A model generated the notes under the pieces. That model was not told the origin of the DNA. It saw only the letters and a list, made by a program, of their open reading frames with translations, and searched no databases. Below, in pieces: positions 21,200 to 31,626 of a stretch of 64,000 nt of DNA. Source of the stretch: Candidatus Eiseniibacteriota bacterium (GTDB lineage Bacteria > Eisenbacteria > RBG-16-71-46); the NCBI GenBank assembly GCA_963744995.1, contig CAVUWA010000004.1:32001-96000 (forward strand), written 5' to 3'. Made by a program: the position numbers and the translations under genes. Position 1 is the stretch's first letter; every line of letters begins with the position of its first letter.

Positions 21200-21337
21200 T
21201 GACCGTCCGCGACACCGCAGGCGGTCCTTATTTTTGTGCCGCGTCCCCGTGCCCCCGATGCCGGTCAAGGTGACCGGGCGCCGCCGCGGCGTTTCATGTG
21301 CGGCACAGCGGGCCTTTGGGGCCCGGAGGATACGAAA

Positions 21338-21538
21338 TTGACGCTCGGAACGGTCAAGTGGTTCAACGAGTCGAAAGGCTTCGGCTTCATCAGTCAGGAG
21401 GGCGGCGAAGACGTGTTCGTCCACTTCTCCGCCATCTCGGGTGAGGGGTTCAAGACCCTCGCCGACGGTGACAAGGTGGAGTTCGACGTCGAGCGAGGCC
21501 CGAAGGGCCTCACGGCGAAGAACGTCCGCAAGGCCTGA
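21338..21538 (+). CDS. Cold-shock protein (CspA family)
   Basis: TTG start after [20 protein letters not shown] (RNP1), DVFVHFSAI (RNP2). Confidence 0.96.
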   Translation: MTLGTVKWFNESKGFGFISQEGGEDVFVHFSAISGEGFKTLADGDKVEFDVERGPKGLTAKNVRKA

Positions 21539-21554
21539 AGCAGGTCGATCGGAG

Positions 21555-21586
21555 CGGGCGGCGCATACGCGCCGCCCGTTTTTTTT
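21555..21586 (+). terminator. Intrinsic terminator of csp
   Basis: 10-bp stem CGGGCGGCGC/GCGCCGCCCG, 4-nt loop, 8 T. Confidence 0.92.
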
Positions 21587-21710
21587 GTGCAGGGTGCGGG
21601 CGCCACGCCGGGGCGAAGCTCCTGCGTTCCCGTTCTATACTGCACGGCGCTCCGCCGGCCGTTCGCCCGGCCGGTGCAGGTACCCTTTCACTTTTCCACA
21701 GGAGTCGCCC

Positions 21711-22691
21711 GTGCAATACCGCCATCTTGGCCGCACCGGACTGGTCGTTTCACGGCTCGCGCTCGGCTGCATGAGCTACGGCAGCTCGAAGTGGCGCCCG
21801 TGGGTGCTGGATCCAGATGACGCGCTGCCCTTCTACCGGAGCGCGTTCGACCACGGCATCAACTTCCTCGACACCTCGAACATGTATTCGCTCGGCGCAA
21901 GCGAAGAAGTGACCGGGCGCGCGGTCAAGGAGTACGGCCACCGCGACGAGCTGGTGATCGCGACGAAAGTGTTCTTCCCGATGACCGGGGCCCCCAACAT
22001 GGGCGGTCTCTCGCGCAAGAACATCGTGCAGGCGTGCGAGGCGAGCCTCGCGCGGCTCGGTATCGACGCGATCGACCTCTATCAGGTGCATCGCTTCGAC
22101 CCCGGGACTCCGATCGAGGAAACGCTCGCCGCGCTCGATCATCTGGTGAGCCGGGGCAAGGTGCGCTACATCGGCGCCAGCTCGACCTCGGCGTGGAAGC
22201 TGATGCGGGCGCTGGGCGTTTCCGAGCGCAACGGCTGGGCGCGCTTCGTATCGATGCAGAACCACTACAACCTGATCTACCGGGAAGAAGAGCGCGAGAT
22301 GATGCCGCTCTGCATCGAGGAAGGACTCGGGGTGATCCCATGGTCGCCGCTCGCGCGCGGCTGGCTGGCGGGCGCCCGCACCAGGGGCGACCATTCCTCC
22401 ACGACGCGCGCCGGTAACGATCCGTTCGCCGACAGCCTCTACGACCAGCCCGGCGACTGGGACGTGGTCGAGGCGACGGCGGCGGTGGCGCAAGCGCGCG
22501 GCGTGTCCATGGCGGAAGTCGCGCTGGCCTGGCTGCTGTCGAGGCCCGGCGTTACGGCCCCGATCGTCGGCGCCACCAAGCGCGGCCATCTGGACGCGGC
22601 GGTGAAGGCCGTCGATCTGGAGCTCACCGCGGCCGAGTGCGAGCGCCTCGAGGCCCCGTATCGGGTGCATCCGGTGCGCGGCTTCCGCTGA
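21711..22691 (+). CDS. Aldo/keto reductase
   Basis: YRHLGRTGLVVSRLALGCM, DTSNMY, IATK, DLYQVHRFD, GKVRYIGAS, WSPLARG. GGAG RBS, GTG start. Confidence 0.93.
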   Translation: MQYRHLGRTGLVVSRLALGCMSYGSSKWRPWVLDPDDALPFYRSAFDHGINFLDTSNMYSLGASEEVTGRAVKEYGHRDELVIATKVFFPMTGAPNMGGLSRKNIVQACEASLARLGIDAIDLYQVHRFDPGTPIEETLAALDHLVSRGKVRYIGASSTSAWKLMRALGVSERNGWARFVSMQNHYNLIYREEEREMMPLCIEEGLGVIPWSPLARGWLAGARTRGDHSSTTRAGNDPFADSLYDQPGDWDVVEATAAVAQARGVSMAEVALAWLLSRPGVTAPIVGATKRGHLDAAVKAVDLELTAAECERLEAPYRVHPVRGFR

Positions 22692-22860
22692 GCGGGGGCA
22701 GCCCGGGCCGCGCCGGATCGCGGCACTTCACCTCGGCTTGACGCGCCGCGCGCCCCCGGTGTTGCGCGCGGCAGGTCCGATCTACCAGAATTGCCGTCCG
22801 CTGCCCCGACGGCCCGTCCAGCAGGCGGGCTTCACGACTACGAAGGAGAAAGGCCTGCCC

Positions 22861-23622
22861 ATGAGGATGATCGCCCGCATCGCCGTCGTCGCCGCCGCGC
22901 TCGTCATCGCCGTCACCGTTTTCGGGTGGCACACCGCGTCCGCGCAGATTCCGGACAAATTCAAGAATCTCAAGGTGTTGCCCAAGGACATCACGAAGCG
23001 CGAGCTGGTGGAGATCATGCGCAGCTTCTCCCACGGGCTGGGCGTGCGGTGCGGCGAGTGCCACAAGTCCACGAAGGAAGGTTCGGACCGCCTCGACGAT
23101 CTCGATTTCGCCTCCGACGACAAGCACGAAAAGGTGACCGCGCGCGAGATGATGAAGATGGTCGGATCCATCAACGATCAGATCGCGAAGATGGAGCTCA
23201 AGAATCCGCCGCGCGTCCAGTGCGTGACCTGCCATCACGGGGTCAAGAGCCCGCGCACCCTGCAGGCGGTGATGATGCGGGAGATGGACAAGGGCGGGAT
23301 CGACGCCGCGATCGAGCGGTATCGCAAACTGCGTGACGACTACTACGGCGCCGCGGCGTACGACTTCTCGCCGGACGCGCTCACTGAGGTGGCCGGCGAC
23401 GTCGCCGAGTCGAAGAAGGACTTCGACGGCGCGATCAAGCTGCTGAACCTGAACCTCGAGTTCTATCCGAAGGACTCCAACACGTACGTCACGCTCGGCC
23501 GCGTCCAGCTCGCGAAGGGCGACAAGGCGGCGGCGATCGCGAGCTACGAGAAGGCGCTCGAACTCGATCCGAACAACCGCTGGGCGAAGCAGCAGCTCGA
23601 GAGGGCCAAGAGCGCCGAGTGA
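22861..23622 (+). CDS. Periplasmic di-heme c-type cytochrome with C-terminal TPR
   Basis: Signal peptide, KNLKVLP, CGECH and CVTCH, TPR-like AIASYEKALELDPNN. Confidence 0.85.
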   Translation: MRMIARIAVVAAALVIAVTVFGWHTASAQIPDKFKNLKVLPKDITKRELVEIMRSFSHGLGVRCGECHKSTKEGSDRLDDLDFASDDKHEKVTAREMMKMVGSINDQIAKMELKNPPRVQCVTCHHGVKSPRTLQAVMMREMDKGGIDAAIERYRKLRDDYYGAAAYDFSPDALTEVAGDVAESKKDFDGAIKLLNLNLEFYPKDSNTYVTLGRVQLAKGDKAAAIASYEKALELDPNNRWAKQQLERAKSAE

Positions 23623-24053
23623 CGCGACGGAATCGGCTTCTACTGCGCGCGGCCGCGGCGACGATCGTCGTCGCGGTCGCGATTCAGTTCATCCCGGTGG
23701 ATCGCTCGAACCCGCCGGTGGACTTCGCGATCGACCCGCCCGCGGACGTCCAGGCGATCCTCGAGCGATCGTGCTACGACTGCCACTCCAACCGGACGCG
23801 TTGGCCGTGGTACAGCCACGTCGCGCCGGTGTCGTGGCTGGTGGCGCGCGACGTGCACGAGGCGCGCGGCGACCTCAATTTCTCCGAGTGGCCGGCCTTC
23901 GACTTCGAGGCCCAGGACCACGCGATGGTCGAGATCGGCAAGCAGATCCGCGGGCGCAAGATGCCGCTGCCGATCTACCTGATCATGCACCCCGACGCAC
24001 GGCTCAGCGAGGCCGACCGGCAGCGCCTGCTGGAGTGGGCGCACGTGCCCTGA
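23619..24053 (+). CDS. Mono-heme heme-binding domain protein (Haem_bd-like cytochrome c)
   Basis: GTGA overlap, membrane anchor, SCYDCHSN, WPWYSHVAPVSW, MPLPIY. Confidence 0.88.
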   Translation: MTRRNRLLLRAAAATIVVAVAIQFIPVDRSNPPVDFAIDPPADVQAILERSCYDCHSNRTRWPWYSHVAPVSWLVARDVHEARGDLNFSEWPAFDFEAQDHAMVEIGKQIRGRKMPLPIYLIMHPDARLSEADRQRLLEWAHVP

Positions 24054-24087
24054 GCGCGGCGGGGCCTCGACAGGACGCCGACAGCAT

Positions 24088-24116
24088 GCCGGCCCGCACG
24101 CATCGTGCGGGCCGGC
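24088..24116. terminator. 13-bp hairpin between convergent genes (possible bidirectional terminator)
   Basis: GCCGGCCCGCACG-CAT-CGTGCGGGCCGGC. No U-tract. Confidence 0.5.
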
Positions 24117-24141
24117 TGCGTTCGCGGCAAGGGTGCGTCCG

Positions 24142-24579
24142 TCAGACGTTCTTGATGGGGATCGTATGCGCCTTGGCTTCCGCGGTCTTCGGCAGCACGA
24201 TCGTCAGCACGCCGTTCTTGAACGTCGCGGTGACGAGCTTCTCGTCGACGGGGGCGGGCAGCCGCAGGTTGCGGGCGAACGTCCCGTAGGACCGCTCCAT
24301 CCGGTACTGGCGGGCGTCCTTCTCCTCGAACTCGTTCTTCTTCTCTCCCCGAATGGTCAGCAGGCCGTTCTGGAACAGGACCTCGATGTCGTTGGGCTCG
24401 ATGCCCGGGACCTCGAGCTTCACGGTGAAGGCGTCGGCCTTCTCGGCGAAGTCCAGGTTCGGAACCCAGTCCGAGGCGGACGGCAGGTCGAACAGATCAC
24501 CCTCGCGGATGCGATCGAGGAACCGGTCCACCTCCTTGCGGAACGACATCAGGCTGGGGGTCGGGAGCATCTCTTTCAC
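24142..24579 (-). CDS. Hsp20/alpha-crystallin small heat-shock protein
   Basis: WVPNLD, EVPGI, LTIRGEK, ERSYGTFARNLRLP, ATFKNGVLTIVLPK. GGAGGT RBS before GTG. Confidence 0.95.
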   Translation of the reverse strand: MKEMLPTPSLMSFRKEVDRFLDRIREGDLFDLPSASDWVPNLDFAEKADAFTVKLEVPGIEPNDIEVLFQNGLLTIRGEKKNEFEEKDARQYRMERSYGTFARNLRLPAPVDEKLVTATFKNGVLTIVLPKTAEAKAHTIPIKNV

Positions 24580-24682
24580 GACGCACCTCCGTGCACCGCG
24601 CCGTGGTGTGCGCCGCGCCCGGGCGTGGTCGCGGGCACGGCGGGAGGCGTCGGGAAATGACACCCACCATGCATGGGCAACT

Positions 24683-24698
24683 TGCATCCGGCGTGCCA
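24683..24698 (-). promoter_or_regulatory. Candidate sigma-54 promoter of hsp20
   Basis: TGGCACGCCGGATGCA on the minus strand (GG-N10-GC). Confidence 0.55.
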
Positions 24699-24949
24699 TG
24701 GACGGAGCGCCGGGGCCGCACCTGAGCGCGGGCGAAATCGCGTGCCGCACGCGTGCTTGCGCGCGTGACCGGGACGGGGTGAACGCCGGAGGGGGAGCCG
24801 CAACGCTGTCACGATGGCAGGCGCGCTCCGGCATGGCAGCGGCCGCCCGTCGTGCCGCCGTGGCAGCCCCGCGGCGGGCGCCCGGCGCCGGCGTGCTATC
24901 CTTGTCTCTTCCTTTTGCCTCCTGCCTCCGTTCGAACTGGAAATCAGCC

Positions 24950-26752
24950 TTGAATCGAACCCCCGTCTTCCGTGCATTCGCCGCCGCCGCCCTGTTCGCG
25001 GCCGGCGCCGTTCCGGTCCTCCCCGGAACCTCCGCCTCCGCGAGCCTTCCCATTCAGATCGACGGCGACTTCAGCGACTGGAACGGCGCCGCGGCCACCG
25101 ATCCGCCCGGGGATGCCGGCGGCTCCGGCATCGACTTCACCCACCTCTGGATCGCCAACGACGAGAACTGGTTGTTCATCCGCTTCGACACGGGGGTCGA
25201 GGTGCAGCCCGACGAAGGGCAGGACATCCGCATCGTGCTCGACACCGACGACGACGCGGGCACGGGCGCGGCGGTCGCGGGCGTGGGCGCCGAGCTGGTG
25301 TGGTCGCTGGGGCAGAGGAGCGGCACGATGTACCTGAACGGCGGGTCGCAGAGCACCAGCCACGCCGCGCTGGGCCTGGACATCTCGCCGACGTCGAGCG
25401 GCACGGCGTTCGAACTCGCCATCCGCCGTGACGCGAAAGGCTCCGGCAACATGCCGCTCTTCCCGGGGAACGCGGTGCGGGTCGTCATCGCCGACTTCGG
25501 TGCGGGCGGGGACGCCATCGGCGCCGGAACGCTCTACACGTTCGATTCCACGCCGCAGCCGGTCCCGTCCCTGTCGCTTGCGCGCGGCGATCCCGGGCAC
25601 GTCCGCATCGCCAGCTACAACACCCTGAACGACGGCCTGTTCGACACCAGTGCCTCCCGTCAGGCCGCCTTCGGTCGGATCCTCGCCGCGGTCGACGCCG
25701 ACGTGTGGATCCTCGAAGAGGTCTGGAATCACGACGGTCCGCAGGTCGAGGCCAAGTTCGAACAGCTCCTGCCGACCGGTGCGGGGGAATCCTGGACCGC
25801 CGTGAATCCCCTGCAGGGGATCGTGGTGGTGAGCCGTTTCCCGGTGCTGGAGTCGGCCACGCTGCCGGTCTCGACGCGGGACTGGGTCGCGACGCGCGTG
25901 GATCCGCGCCCCGCGTTCACCACCGACCTGGTCGTGCTCGGGGATCACTGGAAGGCCTACAGTGGCGCCTCCAACGATGCCGCGCGCGAGGACCAGGCGG
26001 ACGGCCTGATTCGCTACGTCGCGGACATGCGCGCCGGCACGCTGCTTTCCGTGGCGCCTCAGACCCCGATCGTCGCCGGTGGCGACCTGAACCTCGTCGG
26101 CATTCGCCGTCCGCTCGACACCGCGATCACCGGCGACATCACCGACGAGGCCAAGTGGGGCTCCGATTCGCCGCCCGACTGGGACGGTTCCGATTTCGAC
26201 GTGGTGTGGGCGCGTCACCCGGACGCGCGTTTCGTCTACACCTGGCGCAGCGACGGCGGCTCCTACTACCCGGGCAGGCTCGACTGGCTGTTCTACACGG
26301 GCAGCGTGCTCACGCTCGAGAACCACTTCGTGCTGGACACCCGCGGCATGACCCCCGCGAATCTGGCCGCGAACGGGCTGCTGGCCACCGACACGCCCAC
26401 GGCCAGCGACCACGCACCGATCGTCGCCGATTTCTCCGCCGGATCGAACGCGGGCGTGCCGGCCCCGGTGGCCGCGGGTCTCTCGCTCGCCGCACGTCCG
26501 AATCCGTTCACCACCTCGACCCGGATCGGTTTCGTGCTGCCGCGCGACGCCGTCATCCGGCTCTCCGTATTCGACGTGAGCGGACGGCTGGTGCGCGTGC
26601 TCGATCCCGGCAGCGTGCTCGCCGCCGGGCCCCACACCGTGGCGTGGGACGGCCTCGACACCGCCGGCCGCCGCGTCGCGCCGGGCGTCTATCTGGCGGA
26701 GCTCGCCACCGGCTCCGGTCGCATGCTCCGCCGCGTGGTGCGCCTGCGCTGA
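24950..26752 (+). CDS. Secreted endonuclease/exonuclease/phosphatase (EEP) family protein with C-terminal FlgD/T9SS-like domain
   Basis: Signal peptide, N-terminal IDGDFSDW beta-domain, IASYN, ILEEV, GDLN, RLDW, SDHAPIVADF. Tail PNPF...VFDVSGRLV...WDG...PGVY. TTG start inferred. Confidence 0.85.
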   Translation: MNRTPVFRAFAAAALFAAGAVPVLPGTSASASLPIQIDGDFSDWNGAAATDPPGDAGGSGIDFTHLWIANDENWLFIRFDTGVEVQPDEGQDIRIVLDTDDDAGTGAAVAGVGAELVWSLGQRSGTMYLNGGSQSTSHAALGLDISPTSSGTAFELAIRRDAKGSGNMPLFPGNAVRVVIADFGAGGDAIGAGTLYTFDSTPQPVPSLSLARGDPGHVRIASYNTLNDGLFDTSASRQAAFGRILAAVDADVWILEEVWNHDGPQVEAKFEQLLPTGAGESWTAVNPLQGIVVVSRFPVLESATLPVSTRDWVATRVDPRPAFTTDLVVLGDHWKAYSGASNDAAREDQADGLIRYVADMRAGTLLSVAPQTPIVAGGDLNLVGIRRPLDTAITGDITDEAKWGSDSPPDWDGSDFDVVWARHPDARFVYTWRSDGGSYYPGRLDWLFYTGSVLTLENHFVLDTRGMTPANLAANGLLATDTPTASDHAPIVADFSAGSNAGVPAPVAAGLSLAARPNPFTTSTRIGFVLPRDAVIRLSVFDVSGRLVRVLDPGSVLAAGPHTVAWDGLDTAGRRVAPGVYLAELATGSGRMLRRVVRLR

Positions 26753-26762
26753 CCCCGGCGGC

Positions 26763-29162
26763 TCAGAACGACGTACCGAGGAAGAAGCGCACGCTGCGCG
26801 GCGCGCCGATCAGGCGCGGATCGTGGACCGGCCGCCAGCCGGGCAGCCCGTCGCCGTTACCGTCGTTCCAGTAGGCGCCGCCACCCATGCCCGTCTCCTC
26901 GCGGTACGCGCCGTAGTCGTCGTAGAGCGTGTTGATCACCGTGTTCGGATAACCGTCCACCGAGGCGCTGCGCTCGTTGCGTCGGTCGAACACGTTCATC
27001 ACGTCGAGCCCGAGGGTCCACGCCCCGCGCAACGCGTCCGGCGACCAGCGCAGCGCGAGCGCGCTCGACTCTTCCCAGGACAGCCGGCGGGAGTTGGTTC
27101 TGGAGTCGTCCGCCTCGAGCGTGCGCCGCTCGGCAGGGGTCCACGGCAGCGGCGAACCCACGAGAGTGGACCAGGCGGCCGACCACGTGCCGCGCTGCAG
27201 GAGCCAGGCGAGCGAGAACGTGTGACGCCGATCCCAGTCGAGCGGGTGCTGGGAGATGTTGCCCGGCCGCCACAGAAGCATGCTCCCATAGGGAACGCCT
27301 TCGGCGCTCGAGAAGGTCCCGCGGGCGTCCATCCACGTGTAGTGCGCTTCGAGCCGGCCCCATGAGCCGGGGTCGGCGATGACGCTCAACTCCACGCCCG
27401 AGACGCCGGCCTCGCCGTCGTCTTCGTAGACGAGCTGCGCAATGGAGATGCCCGGCCGCATGTTGCGGGGCACGATCACCCCGTACAGATCGCGATAGAA
27501 CAGCGCCGCCTGTGCCGACCACGTCGCGTCGATCCGGTGCTTGAGCGCGGCCTGCCACGAAATCGCGGTGGCGGGTTCGAGCGCCGGATTGCCGATCGGC
27601 TGCCGGTTCGAAATCTTCAGCCGGTTGTCGTAGAGGAAGTCACGCGGCGGTGCCTGCCGGATCCGCACGTAGGAGAGCGAGAACGCGTCCCTGTCGCTCA
27701 TCGGATAGGCGATGCCGAGCCGCGGCGACCACGTCCAGACGCCGTGCGCGGGGGCGGGCAGCGACTGCTCCTCGGCCTGGGGGCCGGCGGTGAAGTACTC
27801 GAGCCGCAGTCCTCCATTCGCAACGAAGCCCTCGAAGGCCCAGTGCAGGTGGGCGTAGGCGAAACCGCCGGGCGCCCACGCGTGATAGGAGCGCAGCGAG
27901 TCGAGTCCGAGGCCGCGCAGCGAGAGGTCGACCGCGCGCAGGGCGACCTCGTCGTAGCGGAGGCCCGCGCCGGCCCTGAGCGTGGCGCGCCCCCTGCGGC
28001 GCTCGGTCCAGGCGTACGCCTGCAGGGTCTGGCTCCACGCCTTGCGGAAGTAGGGCTCGTCGCCGAGGTAGACGTAGAACGGCTCGCTGTCCGCCGAATC
28101 CTCGAAGCCGAAGACCGGTGCGCGGCTCCTGGTGAGATAGGACTCGTCATCGCGGCCGCCGGGCGAGGTCAGGGCGCGCGTCCGCGACCAGCCGATGCTG
28201 AAGCCCTCCCGGCCCCGCTCCGGGTAGCGGAGCACGGACAGGATCGCGGTCAGGCGGCGATCGTCGGTGACGTCGAGGTGATCCGCGGCGCGGTAGCGCG
28301 TGTAGCCCGGCGCCGGGGTGTCGCGGAGCTGCGGGCCGTAGATGCATAACGGATCGTCGCAGCGGGCGGTCCAGCCGTCGATGTTCCACGCCGGGTCGTA
28401 GGGTTGGGAAAGGCGTCGCATCCCGATCAGCTCGAGCGACGCGCCCGCTCCGGGCCGCGTGGTCGCGATGCGGACGTCGCCGAGCAGACGGTTCTCCGCC
28501 CGCCAGCCGAACGACATGCCGAGCAGCCGGTGGCGACCGTTCGAGCGCAGCGACGGCAGCCAGGTGTCGTCGAGCGTGACGTCGGCGGCGGCCGCCACGC
28601 CGAGGCCGCTGCGCAGGATGGGCCCGGCGAACCACCCCGCGAAGCGATCGAACCCGGTCGCGCCGGCATCACTGTGCCACTCCGCGGCGCCCGTGGGCCG
28701 CCCGTCCGGGCGCCGGGTCTGGATCGCCACCGTGCCCGCCAGCGCCCCGCCGACGTCGGCGTCCATGCCCCCGCTCAGAAGCTCGGCCGAGACGATGGCG
28801 CCGAGCGGCAGCTCCGGCGCGCCGCCCCGGAACGGCTCGTTGAGGACGATCCCATCCAGCGTGGTCTCGAGCTCGCCGGCGCGCCCGCCGCGCACGTGCA
28901 GGTCCTCGCCGCGGGCGACCACGCCGGCCTCCAACGCGAGGCGCTGCTGGAGCCGGTCGATGGGCAGGCGCTCCAGAGACTCCTTCACGACGCGGTACGT
29001 CGTCTCGGTGGATGCCGGATCGCCGAATGGCTCGGCGTGGACTTCGACGGGCTCGAACGTGCGGACCACGCGTGAGGAGTCCGCGCGCGACGTGTCGGCG
29101 GGGGACGATGCGGGAGGGACGCTGAGAACGATGGACGCCAGCAGAGCGGCGTGAACGGCCAT
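26763..29162 (-). CDS. TonB-dependent receptor
   Basis: Plug motifs HVRGGR, LDG, SGGMDA. Barrel motifs [39 protein letters not shown] with terminal Phe. Confidence 0.88.
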   Translation of the reverse strand: MAVHAALLASIVLSVPPASSPADTSRADSSRVVRTFEPVEVHAEPFGDPASTETTYRVVKESLERLPIDRLQQRLALEAGVVARGEDLHVRGGRAGELETTLDGIVLNEPFRGGAPELPLGAIVSAELLSGGMDADVGGALAGTVAIQTRRPDGRPTGAAEWHSDAGATGFDRFAGWFAGPILRSGLGVAAAADVTLDDTWLPSLRSNGRHRLLGMSFGWRAENRLLGDVRIATTRPGAGASLELIGMRRLSQPYDPAWNIDGWTARCDDPLCIYGPQLRDTPAPGYTRYRAADHLDVTDDRRLTAILSVLRYPERGREGFSIGWSRTRALTSPGGRDDESYLTRSRAPVFGFEDSADSEPFYVYLGDEPYFRKAWSQTLQAYAWTERRRGRATLRAGAGLRYDEVALRAVDLSLRGLGLDSLRSYHAWAPGGFAYAHLHWAFEGFVANGGLRLEYFTAGPQAEEQSLPAPAHGVWTWSPRLGIAYPMSDRDAFSLSYVRIRQAPPRDFLYDNRLKISNRQPIGNPALEPATAISWQAALKHRIDATWSAQAALFYRDLYGVIVPRNMRPGISIAQLVYEDDGEAGVSGVELSVIADPGSWGRLEAHYTWMDARGTFSSAEGVPYGSMLLWRPGNISQHPLDWDRRHTFSLAWLLQRGTWSAAWSTLVGSPLPWTPAERRTLEADDSRTNSRRLSWEESSALALRWSPDALRGAWTLGLDVMNVFDRRNERSASVDGYPNTVINTLYDDYGAYREETGMGGGAYWNDGNGDGLPGWRPVHDPRLIGAPRSVRFFLGTSF

Positions 29163-29356
29163 GGCCGGTCCTCCAGCCCGGTCGGCGGGTCGGGTGCGGG
29201 GACGGCGAACCGGGACAGCATAGAAGTCCCGGCAGTGCCCGTCGAGTCCGTTCTGGCCGCGGGCCGCGGGCATGCCGAAAGGGCGCTGACGAAACGGCGT
29301 CCGGCTGGTACGCTGCGCGCTGCCTCCCACGCATCCGCTCCGTCCATGGAGGGACA

Positions 29357-30937
29357 TTGGTCGAGTCGCAGCCGTCGCTGTTCCACGCCGCCGCCTACAC
29401 CGATCCGCAGCAGGTGCTCGAGTCGATCTTCGGCTACCGCGCCTTCCGGCCCGGGCAGCGCGAGATCATCGACGCCGTGCTCGCCGGGCGCGACTGCATC
29501 GGCGTGATGCCCACCGGCGCCGGCAAGTCGCTCACCTACCAGCTTCCGGCGCGCATGCTGCCGGGCCCGGTGCTGGTGATCTCGCCGCTGATCTCGCTGA
29601 TGAAGGATCAGGTGGACGCGCTCGTGCGGCTCGGCTTCAAGGCCACCGTGCTCAACTCGACGATCGAGTTCGAGGAGCGGCGCCGGCGTCTCGGTGAGCT
29701 CAGGCGCGGCGAAATCGAGCTGGTCTACGTCGCGCCCGAAGGCCTCGATGGCGGCCTGCGCGCGATCATCGGCGAGTGCAACGTGAGCCTCGTGGTGGTG
29801 GACGAGGCGCACTGCATCAGCCACTGGGGCCACGACTTCCGCCCGTCGTATCGCAATCTGCGCGAGCTCAAATCCCGGTTCGGCGACGTGCCGGTGCTGG
29901 CGCTCACCGCGACCGCGACGCGGCGCGTGGCCGGCGACATCATCCGCCAGCTCGGCATGAGGAAGCCGGCCGGCTTCAAGGGCTCGTTCTTCCGCCCGAA
30001 CCTGCTCATCACCGCCCACCGCAAGGGCGGTGGCGACAAGGGGCCGAAGCGCAACACGCGCCGCGACATCCTCGGCATCGTGCGGCGCCACGCGGGGGAG
30101 AGCGGCATCGTCTACTGCATGAGCCGTCGCGCGGTGGAGAGCCTCGCCGACTGGCTCACGCAGCAGGGCGTGCGCGCGGTGCCGTATCACGCGGGGCTGT
30201 CCGACGACGCGCGGATGCGCCACCAGGACGCCTTCGCCCGCGACGAGGTGGACGTGGTCGTCGCCACCGTCGCGTTCGGCATGGGAATCGACAAGAGCAA
30301 CGTGCGCTACGTCGTCCACCGCGACATGCCGAAGAGCATCGAGGCCTGGTACCAGGAGATCGGCCGCGCCGGCCGCGACGGCCTGCCGAGCGACTGCGTG
30401 CTGTTCTACTCGTGGGCCGACGTGATCGGCTATGACGGATTCCTGAACTCGATCGACGATCCGGCGCTGCGCGAGGAGACGCGACGGAAGACGGTCGAGC
30501 TGTTCCGGCTCGTGGACCGGGGCGGCTGCCGCCACCAGAAACTGGTCGGCTACCTCGACGAAACGATCGAGCCGTGCGGCAGCGCCTGCGACGTGTGCCT
30601 CGGGCAGGGGATCGAGGCGTTGGTCGGCGCGGCTCCGGTGGTGCGCGGGCGAACCCGCGGCGCGGCCGCGGTGCTCGGCGCGGAGGCCGATCCCGAGCTG
30701 TTCGAGCGCCTGCGCGCGCTGCGCAAATCGCTCGCCGACGCGGAGGGGGTTCCAGCGTACATCGTGTTCAGCGACGTCGTGCTCCGGCAGATGGCCGAAG
30801 AGAAACCGCGCTCCAGCGAAGGACTGCTGGCGCTCTCGGGGGTGGGGCCGGTGAAGCTCGAGCGCTACGGCGAGGCATTTCTGAAAGTATTGCGCGAGGC
30901 GGATGCGCCCGCGGGCGGGCCGGGGGCCGGCGCGTGA
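29357..30937 (+). CDS. recQ: RecQ-family ATP-dependent DNA helicase
   Basis: [50 protein letters not shown], Zn-binding Cys, HRDC (VPAYIVFSD). Confidence 0.95.
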   Translation: MVESQPSLFHAAAYTDPQQVLESIFGYRAFRPGQREIIDAVLAGRDCIGVMPTGAGKSLTYQLPARMLPGPVLVISPLISLMKDQVDALVRLGFKATVLNSTIEFEERRRRLGELRRGEIELVYVAPEGLDGGLRAIIGECNVSLVVVDEAHCISHWGHDFRPSYRNLRELKSRFGDVPVLALTATATRRVAGDIIRQLGMRKPAGFKGSFFRPNLLITAHRKGGGDKGPKRNTRRDILGIVRRHAGESGIVYCMSRRAVESLADWLTQQGVRAVPYHAGLSDDARMRHQDAFARDEVDVVVATVAFGMGIDKSNVRYVVHRDMPKSIEAWYQEIGRAGRDGLPSDCVLFYSWADVIGYDGFLNSIDDPALREETRRKTVELFRLVDRGGCRHQKLVGYLDETIEPCGSACDVCLGQGIEALVGAAPVVRGRTRGAAAVLGAEADPELFERLRALRKSLADAEGVPAYIVFSDVVLRQMAEEKPRSSEGLLALSGVGPVKLERYGEAFLKVLREADAPAGGPGAGA

Positions 30938-31626
30938 GGCGCCGCGAGCGGCGGCTCGGGCTCGGGGCCGTCCCACGGCGCCGGGGCAACGGGTCCTGCG
31001 CGGTCGTGCCGCGGGGCGCCGATGGAAGCGGCCGCGGGCGGGGCACGCGGGCGGCAAACGCCGCGCGGCTCCTGCTGGTGTGCACTGGCTTCGCGCTCTC
31101 GACCGTCTCCTGCGCGACGCTGCGCGAGTTCGCCGCGCTGCGCGACGTGCAGTTTCGTTTCGATCGTGTCTCGGGCGTGTCGCTCGCGGGGATCCCGATC
31201 GGGCCCGACGCGGACTACGGCTCGATCGGTGTCGCAAACCTCGCGCGGCTTGCGTCCGAGGTCGCCGAGGGGCGCGTGCCGCTCGAGGTGACCGCGCACG
31301 TGGCGGCGACGAACCCGGCGGACAACTCGGTTACCGCACGCATGGTCTCGATGGGCTGGACGCTGTTCGTCGACGACAAGCGGACCGTGTCGGGCACGGT
31401 GTCCGATCCGGTGGCGATCGCCCCCGGGGCGACGGCGGACGTCCCGGTCGCGGTGGCGCTCGACCTGGTCGAGTTCTGGCAGGGCGGCGCCCGCGAGCTG
31501 TTCGACGTCGCCCGCGGCATCGCCGGCGGCAGCGCCGCCAGGCCCCTGCGGCTCGAACTGACGCCGACGATCGAAACTTCGCTCGGACCGATTTCCTATC
31601 CGCAGCCGATCGTGGTGCGGAGGTAA
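30934..31626 (+). CDS. Putative lipoprotein, LEA-2/WHy-like
   Basis: Hydrophobic stretch with lipobox-like TVSC, then NP, LFVDD, VAIAPG beta-strands. GTGA overlap with recQ. Start uncertain. Confidence 0.65.
   Translation: MRRRERRLGLGAVPRRRGNGSCAVVPRGADGSGRGRGTRAANAARLLLVCTGFALSTVSCATLREFAALRDVQFRFDRVSGVSLAGIPIGPDADYGSIGVANLARLASEVAEGRVPLEVTAHVAATNPADNSVTARMVSMGWTLFVDDKRTVSGTVSDPVAIAPGATADVPVAVALDLVEFWQGGARELFDVARGIAGGSAARPLRLELTPTIETSLGPISYPQPIVVRR

Noticed and set aside
21165..21200. tRNA-like GTTCGAATC on the minus strand
   Set aside because: No 5-bp T-stem, acceptor stem or anticodon arm can be formed around it.
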